This document shows, in pieces, positions 15,001 through 26,259 of a DNA stretch of 64,000 nucleotides (the stretch's first letter is position 1; each line of letters starts with the position of its first letter). A program made the translations under genes and the position numbers. Under the pieces are notes generated by a model. It was not told where the DNA came from, ran no database searches, and saw nothing but the letters and a program-made list of their open reading frames with translations. This DNA comes from Balanoglossus misakiensis (taxonomy: Eukaryota; Animalia; Hemichordata), in the NCBI GenBank assembly GCA_040954595.2, contig CM082582.2:13762154-13826153 (forward strand), given 5' to 3'.

Positions 15001-15890
15001 TTCGCAAAGTCGAAAAATCGTCGATTTTTGAACATTTTCCTGAGCTATAACCCATGGTTTTTTCAAAAAAATGACCAAATTTTGAAAATTCGCAAAGTCG
15101 AAAAATCGTCGATTTTTGAACATTTTCCTGAGCTATAACCCATGGTTTTTTCAAAAAATGACCAAATTTTGAAAATTCGCAAAGTCGAAAAATCGTCGAT
15201 TTTTGAACAATCGTCGATTTTTGAACATTTTCCTGAGCTATAACCCATGGTTTTTTCAAAAAATGACCAAATTTTGAAAATTCGCAAAGTCGAAAAATCG
15301 TCGATTTTTGAACATTTTCCTGAGCTATAACCCATGGTTTTTTCAAAAAATGACCAAATTTCGAAAATTCGCAAAGTCGAAAAATCGTCGATTTTGGAAG
15401 ATTTTCCTGAGCTATAACCCATGGTTTTTATCAAGAAATGACCAAATTTCGAAAATTCGCGAAGTCGAAAAATCGTCGATTTTGGAAGATTTGCATGAGC
15501 TATAACCCATGGTTTTTATCAAGAAATGACCAAATTTCGAAAATTCGCAAAGTCGAAAAATCGTCGATTTTGGAAGATTTTCATGAGCTATAACCCATGG
15601 TTTTTATCAAGAAATGACCAAATTTCGAAAATTCGCAAAGTCGAAAAATCGTCGATTTTGGAAGATTTTCATGAGCTATAACCCATGGTTTTTATCAAGA
15701 AATGACCAAATTTCAAAAATTCGCAAAGTCGAAAAATCGTCGATTTTTGAAGATTTTCATGAGCTATATATAACCCATGGTTTTTTTATCAAGAAATGAC
15801 CAAATTTCGAAAATTCGCAAAGTCGAAAAATAGTCGATTTTGGAAGATTTTCATGGGCTATAACCCATGAATTTTTTCAAAAGATGAAGA
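1..15890. repeat. 87-bp tandem satellite array (~180 monomers), continues beyond the window start
   Basis: Monomer CCATGGTTTTTTCAAAAAATGACCAAATTTTGAAAATTCGCAAAGTCGAAAAATCGTCGATTTTTGAACATTTTCCTGAGCTATAAC repeated head-to-tail; the 29-aa periodicity of the ORF track confirms 87 bp; few substitutions and some homopolymer indels. Confidence 0.99.
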
Positions 15891-15935
15891 AAAATGTTAA
15901 AAACTGACAAAAATACCAAAGTTTGCAAAGTCTAG
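15350..15935. repeat. Diverged terminal subfamily of the 87-bp satellite (~6 monomers plus a degenerate remnant)
   Basis: Last monomers share diagnostic changes (TTTTTATCAAGAAATG, ATTTCGAAAA, TTTTGGAAGATTTTCATGAG), then decay into AAAATACCAAAGTTTGCAAAGTC at ~15910-15932. Confidence 0.9.
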
Positions 15936-16334
15936 AATGTTTTTTTATTTCCTAACAAAATTAAAACAGATAGCAGTTGTTAACACTGTGATCAATAATA
16001 TCACCATAATCGTGATAATTGTAGAATATTTTACTTCAATCACTATTTAATCAGTCTCCATTGATAGATGCTGCCATAGTTTGGTGAATGTCCACGATTT
16101 GAGTCGAGTTGCAGTGACCCATGCCAATCAGCGGATGTCCGAAAACCTGACAGTGGCCATTTTGTTTCCCCAGATCCTCTTTCTTGTGTGCTACCTGACC
16201 CTGGCTGACCTAAGCTCGATAAATGTGAACTCTAACACAGGTCAAAGATAATTTCTTCATCTGGTCATGTAGCAAAGTATCGGTACCAATTGTTTTGTAT
16301 GTATATCCTATGTACACCAACATTGTGATTGACT

Positions 16335-19300
16335 TTAATCTCGAAATGTTCTGCGTGAACTATGACCATATGTCATAGGTGATCTGATCAGTGGTTCTTT
16401 AGCCTTATAGTATTCATTGAAATCCAGACGTACACCCAAAAGCTGAAGAGATTCATCAGGATGCTTGGCAAGCAAGATCAGGAAATTTTGAACCATGTCC
16501 TGTCATTGAAAAAAAAAATGTAAGCAGAAGGAAGTGTAAAAAGTTAAAGCATTAATGCTAAATACTCCAATTAGTGATATGTTGAACTACATGTATTTTA
16601 CTTGTTCATATCACTTTGAAAATGCAGGCACAAAACAACACTTTTCTATACACTGTTCACAGTTTCATTTGTGACCCACCATGTATCTGAACTGATCCAT
16701 AGACCACTAAGTGGCTATTTTTTCTCCTAGTCCAGGAGTTGATGGTGACTAGGCCTGTATTTTTCTGGCCCACCAGTATATCCTACAGCAAATGTCAAAG
16801 TTGTCAGATTTACTTTGGCAAAGTTTGCTAGATGTGTTTTCCTACCTGGTAGGTCTGAGCAAGTACTTTCAACTGAGCTCGGTTTGACTTGACAACATTC
16901 TCACTAAACTTGTGTCTTCTTTGTCTGTCCTCTCTCTCATCGATGTTGCCACCTCCCCACTCACCCTGAAAGATAAAAAAGCCTACATTTCACTCAACTC
17001 CCTAATACCACTTATATTTTTGGAATTTTCTTCCACGAAATTTAAATTTCACTCTCACTGTCTATAAATTATGTCTCTCAAATTTTCATGTGAAATGTCA
17101 GTAAATTGTCGGTTTACACATTTTCCCATATCAATACCATGATGCAATTTTTTTTCTTTGTGTATCAGAGAGAGCAATTCTCTTTTTGGCAAACACAAGA
17201 TGCATATCACTCTCAGCACAAACATATACAGTTTTGACTAACATTAACAAACTCTGAAACCAAGCAGTGATGAAATAATACTCACCTCTTCTGTTCTTAG
17301 ATGTATTTGTTTCTCAATCAGCAATCGACTGTCCAGTTCATCCTGAGCAGCCTGGTAGAAACTCTCTTGTGTGTGTTGAAATTTGATGATCAGATCAAAG
17401 ATTGCCCTGAGCTGGGTTAGCAATGTCTGCAACAGAATTCAAGAGGTGAGATCATAACATAAGACATTGATAAAAATTACACATTTTACTTGTTTAGGGC
17501 CAGGGACTACCATCACGTATGATATTTCACGTTTAACCTTATGATGATACAAACTTTTTCCCTTAAACTTTCATTGAATGCTGTTTATGATAACATTTTG
17601 GGAGCAAAAGGTCATCCACCATGAAGTTGGAACAGACATCAACTGAACAAAATTATGCAAATCATACCTTAGACTCATCACCAAGCAGCGATCTGCTTAT
17701 AATGGTATCCAAGAAGACTTCATGAGCGGCTATGATGTGGTCTAAATCTTCAGCCTTGGTAACTGTCTTCCACAGATCATCCCAGGCACATTCCAGTACC
17801 TGTCCAAAAACATACAAATATTGTATGATGTAAATTAGTATATTTCTAGATGTATTTAAATATATGTCATGTTAATGTCGATTAAACAAGCTTACTAAGA
17901 CTTGAAGTAAAATGGGGTATTGTCAATAACATAGTTCCTGCTGGATGGATACTGCGGTGGAAGGAAATTAGTCCAGGTATGACATTGACTCTGAAAATGT
18001 TTGTGTGTACCAACTTGAAATTTATAGCAGTGTATCAAAAAACATGTGACATATAGTTGGCATGTGTGTATGTATACAGTCACTTCATGTGACAATTATG
18101 ACACCTGACATAACAATCTAACATTCTAGGCATTTCATAATAGGTGAACTTACCTCAAAAGTGATGTAGTACTGCATCTGATGAACAAAATGTACCATCT
18201 CTGATGCTATGACATGACACTGATGGAGAACTGGCACAATCTCTGTAAAAATAAAATATTACATCATTTATACAAAATTGTTATTTTAACTTCCAATGCC
18301 AACATTCGTTCTGAAATTATCTCCCAAGCAAGTTTCCGAATATTGATCTTTTTGGGGTTTGTCACACCTCTTAATTTTTTACCTTTAATGGACATGAGTT
18401 TCTTGGCGCTGTCCATCTGTACTCTCCAGATATTAGCCAGGATGTACTCCATCCGCTTGGCTCTCCACAGGAAGTTAAACTCCCTCAGGTACATCAGAAG
18501 ACACTGTTGTGTGAAGACTGTACTGATGGGCCCATCCACATGATAGTCCAGGCTGAACACATCCCAGCCACAGTCACCAGGCGACACCTGATAAAAACAC
18601 AGCACAGATGTGAAGTCAACTGCAGAGCTTTGGGTTAATACTGATTAAGATTAATTTGCATACTACCAAATATGGTAGTTACAGTGTCATACTGTGCTCT
18701 CGCAGAGCATATCATGTTTTGCACAACTTTATTTCAAGACATATTGCTCAGTAATTGGGTTTTGATAAAAGTGAAACCTAAACTAAAATAACCAAAGCTG
18801 GTGTACAGAAGAAATCACACACCTCCAACAAACGGACATCTAAGCGTTTCAAGATCTCGGGATCATCAAACTGAGCGTTGGTCCCTCTAATGGCAGTTTC
18901 TAACACACCAGTCAAGTTATGTAAATATAACACTGTAGCAGATTTGGATAAGTCATCCCTGTAAGTAGGAAGAGAAATATAGTTTACTTAAAAAAGGTTT
19001 CTGAACATTGTCTGCTTTAATGGGGATTTTGTTCTGGTGGCTTTTGTACATGAGTGGCTTGGTACTCCCAGGATAAAGATTTTGAGAAAAACTCATATCA
19101 AAAATTCTCTGAAAGGATGTGACGTTGGTCATGTACTTACTCAAGTAGATCCATCAAATGTCTAATAAAGTCTCCTTGTCCAAGAAGAAGATATCTCCTC
19201 ATTGCCTGTCAGATAAAACAAGCACTAAAATCATTAACGGGGTAAGATGATCTGAAAATATGTGGGATGTAAAATAGAATATCATACCACTAATAGTTGA

Positions 19301-22300
19301 AGTGTTTAATTGAGATCCTGATTTATATATATTATTTTCGTTTAATTGGGACATTCCCTTGTGTAACAGAATAATAGTAGTGCTTAAGATACAAAATAAG
19401 ATAACAGCGTACATTACCTTGAGGTGTTCCAGGAATTTATACTTGTTAAACAAAATATCTAGCAGATGTTTGCTGGTATCCTTGTAGACTGTTGTGATGA
19501 TTTCTTGGAAGGTACTGTCCATTTCCTGGTTGAATAACATCTCAGCTGAGAAAACAAAAACATCTACAAGTTATCAACTTGCGGAAATCCAACAAGATGT
19601 TGTGTTTATTGGAGGAAAGGAATTGTACTGTGCTTATCAAGGAGAAATGCTACATGATGTGGTACCAATATGTCACTTTTTGTTGCCATAATATGAGAAT
19701 CTCAGCTAAAAGCAATGCAGCCTTAGGTGAATCAGAGGATTGAAATTTATGCAGCACTAACTTCTGAAAATTTTTTGGTGCCCTCATACAGCAATAGATG
19801 AGATTTTGTTTTCTATGTAGCCTAGAAATAAATATTACATTTCTCTCAGGCTCACCTTGTTCTGGAGTCAAATCTGTTGCCTTAGTAACAGCTCTGCCTG
19901 AAATAGGAGTTCTGTCCTGGCAGACTTGACGGACAAAGTTAATGGATTTGCCAATCAGCAGAATCTGCAAAGCAAGAGAGATTTTCATTTGTTTAATACA
20001 GATTTTGTATTTCAATGTTCATTTCAGTTTCATATTATTATTGAACACATGAAGAAATGCACAAAAATTAATGAGTAAAGATTGCAAAAATAAACTTGTT
20101 TACCGTAGTATTTTTTGAATTAGGGAGTTTATTTCTATTAATCTCACTGTTGGATGTTTATGGAAATAAAGTTGTCATAACAAGAGTGGCTATGACAATG
20201 GCTAGACACTCTGATAATTAAGTTTTAATTTATAAACTTTACCTTTCTGGCTTGGTCTATGGTAATATACAATGGCAACATTGACTTTCTGAGAGAGTAT
20301 TTATCGTGCCAAAGTCTATCCTTCTTAACAGTCGGATCAGCAGCAACAAAGAACTTGAAAACCCAAAAAAGAAAAATATATCATCTCTAAGTTGTATGAT
20401 TTACAAATAATATGACTGTCTTGAGTGATAAAGTAAGTTGTAATAATGTCTAGTGAGTGAATGACAAGCATCATGAATTTCTCGATAAAGAAACTATTGG
20501 AACAGAAAAATCACTTGCTTGAAAACTTAAAGTCACACACGTCCAACTTTAGGCCTATAAGGTTCTGGCTGGCGGACTTTCTCTGCCCTCAGAATGTGTA
20601 CATGTACAGAGAGAAAAAAACTGACCTCATGATAAGTATCCTCCAGTTCTCCCTCATAGATCCAATGATACAGAATACTACATATTGGATAGGATACAAC
20701 TTTGAGAATACTTCGTACTAATGCCTTGACAGCAGGATCACCAGTCCACATGTGTGAATGGATGGAGGTAGCCAATGCACCACCTTTCTTACCTGGAAGG
20801 AGTGTGATAATCAAATTCTCTATGTGTCTCTTTTTCAAATGGTAGACTGGTAATGATGGAATACAATACAATACAAAACAATTTGCATTGCTGCACTACA
20901 TCACACTACACTGCACTACACTATGCTCACTGCACTACACTACAACTGCCATATGAGCTTATGTCTGGATAATGTGATTTTGTAAAACTCATTCATGTCA
21001 AATGTGCAAAGTTTATCTAGGGTTGATACACCCCTACTCCTACATTCTTACAACAATGCATGCAGGGTATGAAAAAAGTGTAGAAACGTCCTACTCACCT
21101 TTACATGCTTCTACCAGAGAGGCCAATGCTTTCATTCTGATCATGGGGTCGTACGTCCAAACAACCAGTTTTCTCAAAGTCATTGAATTGCCTCCGTTGA
21201 CATTCACACCAAGGTCTTGTTCTTGTTGCAGCTATGGAAGAGATATAAAAGAAAGTTGCCACCTCTCTTGAATGAAACTTAACATACAGTATTGACCAAC
21301 TGGTTCTCTCTTGAATTCCACTCGTGGTCTCGACCTTTTTAAAATATGGGGAAAGTTTGAAAACAGCAAGCAGAAGACACAGCAGAGTTTTACAAAGTAT
21401 AGACAAAAAGAGCCATTACAAGTGCTGAAGCATTGTAAGATGATTGGCCATGGATGTTAAAAATTGAAATGAGAGATCAAGGTAGAAATCAATCTCTTTG
21501 TAATGCTATCATTCTGTGATCGTCTTACCTGGGATTCTAGAACAGCTATCAGTTTGTAGTATTCAGTAAGTTCTTGTTGTAATGCTGCACAGAAACTCTG
21601 GAAGGATGAAATAAATACATATGTAGTAAGGTAGAACATATTGTAAATTTAAATCAGGATTTAAATATACATCCCATGGAACAGGTACAATATACATAAT
21701 TACATGTTTATATGAAAAGGTCATACATGAACATTTGGGGATGTAATATTAACAGCTTTATTATAAGTGGAAGGAATACTGTGGCAGTTTCTGTTCTGAG
21801 ATGAATATCATTGTGATAAATATCATTGTGCTGTTTAATATGAAAATCATTTTTTCTTGGCTCACTTGATTATTCTTACCTGTCCTACAAGTCCAAAAGC
21901 TCTGTCAGTACTTCTGTCATCCACATACTTCCTAACTTTCATATACAACCATCCAAGCTCACTTAGTTTCTTCACGATGTCACGATATGGTCTCTGAACT
22001 CCAACCTGCCAAGGAATAGATTGGACTGCTGATTGCAATATTTCTGCTCATTTTAACAGGTGTTTGAACTTGAATGTCTGCTGATGCCATTTCCTGTTTT
22101 ACCAGTATAACAACATGTGTTGGCTGGTCATTGGAGCGGGTTCAACTTATTGTATGTTTATTTCAACATTGTGAATTCTTTGTTTTTGGATTTATTTGAA
22201 TGATAGTGTTCATTATCTTGTTTGCCATACATGTAGTTATTTTTTTATCATAGGAATTGAAATTGCATTCAGTGGCATTTTTTTCCGCCTTTAAATTGTT

Positions 22301-24946
22301 AAAATACTTGACATTACCACTGTCTAGACAGTGCCTTGGGTCAGTGGACCCAATAATATGTCTGACCCAAAGGTATAGACACCAAAAGGACCGAGAATTT
22401 TCAATTTCACTGCAGAGACTTTTAGTGTAGATATTTCATTCAATATTACTCACGTTAGGATCCAAAGTGAATCCCTGTCCACTACTATCCTGCTTCAACA
22501 GACGTCCATTAATTCCTTGAAATGCATAGATGACATCACGTAATAACACAGGTTCAGACATCTCAAAGGATACTGTTGATAAACACACGTACATCATGAA
22601 ATTTCCACGGAAGGTACAGAAGCCAGGACAGTTGATTCTCCATACATGTATGTATGTTTAACATAAATCTTGATTCTCCATACATGTATGTATGTTTAAC
22701 ATAAACCTTGATTCTCCATACATGTATGTATGTTTAACATAAACCTGAATGATCTGATAAACCATTCAATTTTCTATGAAATTAATGTAGTCAATCATTC
22801 AATCACAAATAATCATTAGGCTTATATTTAGACTGTTACACCCAATCTAACAGAAAAAAAATATTACCGTATATTGATTTTAACATGAATTTTCATGATA
22901 GATTTCAATGGCGGCCCCAACCCCAAACTTTGATTAAAACTTCTCAACTGCAAATGTGCAGTCAGACCCTAAAAGCTACTTACAATTCTCATCATCTCTG
23001 TTACCAGGTGCTCTTACTCTGCTGTCACCATGGTTACCAGTTGTCCTGGCAACTGGTAGGTCCATCTGGCGAGTGCTCAATAATGAATTGACAAGTCTGC
23101 TACCAATCTGATTGGCTGGTGTGATGCCAGGGGTTGCAGCATAACTGAAACAAAACCACTTAAATTGAACCAGCTGAATTTGGAATTCACTATTTTATTT
23201 CACACAAAGAATTCTAACAGCAGGTATTGGTAACCATATAGCACACGTGACAAAACAGCTAGCTCTCTAGCAACCACATGAGAATCTTGAAAAATGAAAT
23301 TCAAAGATGTTTCTACACTGGAATATACTAACCTTGGTGGCAATGACATTGGATTCGGTGTTGGACCACTGATACTGCTAACTCCACTTCCAATCCCACT
23401 ACTCTGAGCTGATAGAGTAGTGGAACCGAAAGATCTTGTTGAAAGATACTGATCTCCGGCTCCTTGTGGAGTTGAATGAGCCAAGATAGGCAGACCAGAA
23501 CCAAACATAGCCACTCCATCAGAAGTCTGCACAGAAACAAGTTCATATTAGTGACGTTATAGTTCACCTTGATAGGAAATCCAAAAATCCTTTGGAAGAT
23601 TGCTTTCCATTAAAAAAAAAAACACTTTTCCCTCTTACCTTGTTGTGTCTTTTGGGATCTGCACTCAGTTCATGTAGAAGGTATAGGATGGCCCATCTGT
23701 TCTTCAGCATTGCCTGTGAATAAAAAAGATGTCAATACATCCATCACAACAGACTTTGATATTGTAATAGTAGTTACTTGAACAACGACTTGAAGAGCTA
23801 ATATGACCAGAAATAATTCAATACTGCTGCATTTTAAGTCCTGTAATTCCATCTTTGTATTACTGGAACATGGTTAAAGAAATATTTTACGCAAACGTTA
23901 ACCAACAACTTTTTATTGATATGGCATAATTTGCAAGATGCCTCACCTGTGATTGAAGTTTTCTATGCAATTCTGAAAACACAGCAGCATCTTTTTGACG
24001 TTCTTGTTTCACCACTGAAAGAAAAAAACCCGCTAAACAGTCAATTCCTTTAACATTTTAATTTGAAAAAGTTGCAGATGTTATGAAAGTTGCATCTTTT
24101 AATTAATAAATTAGTCAACTTAACTTACATTTCTTCTTTATTCTTTCTGCTATTTGAAATTCATCTTTCTCCACAGAAGGTGATAGCTGACTGAAAATTC
24201 AATAGATGAATAAGAACTTTAATTTCATGATATTGTCATTGCAGAAAATACAAATATTGTTCTAGAGATTTAAATGTAATTGTCAGTGATTACCATAAGG
24301 AATTTTTTCTACTTGCTAGAAGTCTGTATTGACTTGCAAAATTATGATCACTGTACATATATTTATTAATACTAATGTGTGTGTGTGTACTATAGTTTAC
24401 CTTCCAACAACTCTGAGTGCATGTTGAAAGTAAGGCCCAACTTCATCTGAAAAGAAAAATATTACATCAGAAAGTTATATAGGGAAGATCCTGGTGGTCA
24501 AAGACAGAGCTGGTGGACTTGTAAAACTCGCTATGTTGCAAATGACAGATTCATTTGATGAACTGTGCTGTGCTGAAAAGAGTCCGCCTGTGGATGGCAG
24601 GGTTCCCGGGTTAGTGCGACCGGGAGGGTAAATAGTGACAGTGTCAACTTTTCACAGTTTAAAAACTGCACAAGAAAAGTTGATGAAAGTTGACACGCTG
24701 CATTCACATTTGGCATATGATATTTTAGTATCCGTGAATCACCAGAACACAAAGTTTCACATGACTGTAAGGAGACCAATCGCCACTGGTAAACATGGTC
24801 ACAACATGTCAACAACACACCTGCATCTGCACAAACATGTCCGAGAACCGGAGAAACTTACGTTCTTTCCTCTTTGTAACATGACATACCAAACTTTTCA
24901 GCAAATTTGTCGGATTCTTAGGATCCCGAATATTTCCGTAAGACAT
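16335..24946 (-). CDS. TUBGCP3: Gamma-tubulin complex component 3 (GCP3/Spc98), multi-exon
   Basis: Exon 1 24862-24946 [28 protein letters not shown] with GTAAGT donor; internal exons give [100 protein letters not shown]; last exon [16 protein letters not shown]...TFRD* (TAA 16335-16337). These match GCP3 GRIP1/GRIP2 motifs. Confidence 0.96.
20892..20945. repeat. Degenerate (CACTA)n-type microsatellite in a TUBGCP3 intron
   Basis: Repeated CACTACA/CACTG units. Confidence 0.6.
22632..22746. repeat. 38-bp minisatellite x3 in a TUBGCP3 intron
   Basis: TTGATTCTCCATACATGTATGTATGTTTAACATAAA(T/C)C at 22632, 22670 and 22708; each copy contains the palindrome CATACATGTATG. Confidence 0.95.
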
Positions 24947-26259
24947 TTTCCGATATTGTGTGGGGGTGGAAGCGATAGACGGTCGGTTATAGTTACGACT
25001 GTCAAACCTTCCCTGCCATTACGAAATCAGCCATTTTGTTTTCCGCGGTTTCTTAGTTCGTTTGAACACGAATTCATACCTCCAGTGGAGATTCATTGGG
25101 GGCGCACTATATCCGCCAGCTGAGTATGAGTGCATATCCTCTATCTGTATTAAATCTAAATTTGGACAGTTCTACACATAAAGATGACACTCGTTTGTCA
25201 TAGCATTGGGACGAAGTGGTTATATAATTCATTGATACAATCATAACGATGTATTCAAATGTGTACTATATAAAGTTATCACTGTGATAGTTAATACAAT
25301 ATAAGGTCATGAAGTTGCAGAGTCAGCTTTTTATCACCAATAGTTTTTCCATGGACAAAACATTTCCTGGAGTTTATATCTCAAAATCAGTCACGGTGAC
25401 CATGCATACGATTTTATTGAAGCACTGAATTTAATTTCACGAAAATAACAATAGCAGATGTGGGTTTTCTTGTAATCCTATGGGAAGACATATAATTCCA
25501 CAATTGCAACGTTCAGGTCGTTTTAGGCCAATTGAAATTTCTTGTGACAAGATACGAATATGTACACCTGTGATTTCCCATGTGAATACATGCTTGGTGT
25601 TGGACATGCGCCGTCGATAATTTGATAATTACACCATGTGACTTAATGCGAGCGATGATTGGTTGATGCTGTTTCGCGAAATTTGATTAGCGCGATGTTC
25701 AGCAAAAATGTTTGATTGAGCGAGAGGACGTGTAAAGCTCGCGTTATGATCGTGGAGATGTTCTCAGAATAAATAGGTAAGTGATCTCGACAATTTAACG
25801 AGCCACTTCACGTTTTCAAACACACCCATCGGTAGCCGTGTTCCAGCCAATTCAGTTCGAAGTCTATAAAATGGCAGCATTAGGACAACTATTGACAGCT
25901 ATTTCCACTTAAGGCATATTTATGCAAGTTTCTAAAACGATTCCATATCACTTCCATGCATGAACGACCTCACAACGCTTGACCGAATATGTTCTGACGT
26001 TTTCATTTAAAAATCGCACGATCCAGAATGATATCTACGAAATGTTATTTTTTAAATGAATGAATGTATATTTGAATGAATGAATGAATGGTGAGCGAGT
26101 TCATGCGAGTATAAAACGGAGTCATCATATTCAAATGATATGTTATGTCAACGAATCTAAATGTCCAAAGGTCTATTTGACAGAGTGCGGCCTAATTTAA
26201 TTATCAATCGGACCCCACGAGATTTATGCTGCTTTCAACTGGAAATGGAGAAAAGAAAG
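24947..26259. promoter_or_regulatory. Head-to-head (probably bidirectional) promoter region between TUBGCP3 and the CUB/LDLa gene
   Basis: Divergent ATGs ~1.3 kb apart; CpG-containing; ATTGG (CCAAT) box near 25658; strong + strand donor AG|GTAAGT at 25777 suggests a non-coding first exon. Confidence 0.5.

Noticed and set aside
168-15799. Long ORFs (up to 1,429 aa) of repeating MGYSSGKCSKIDDF.../KKPWVIAQENVQK... peptides
   Set aside because: 87 is a multiple of 3 and two minus-strand frames happen to lack stops; homopolymer indels switch frames freely and some substitutions create stops, so there is no sign of coding constraint.
1-15890. CRISPR array
   Set aside because: Monomers are contiguous with no unique spacers, there are no cas genes and the context is eukaryotic.
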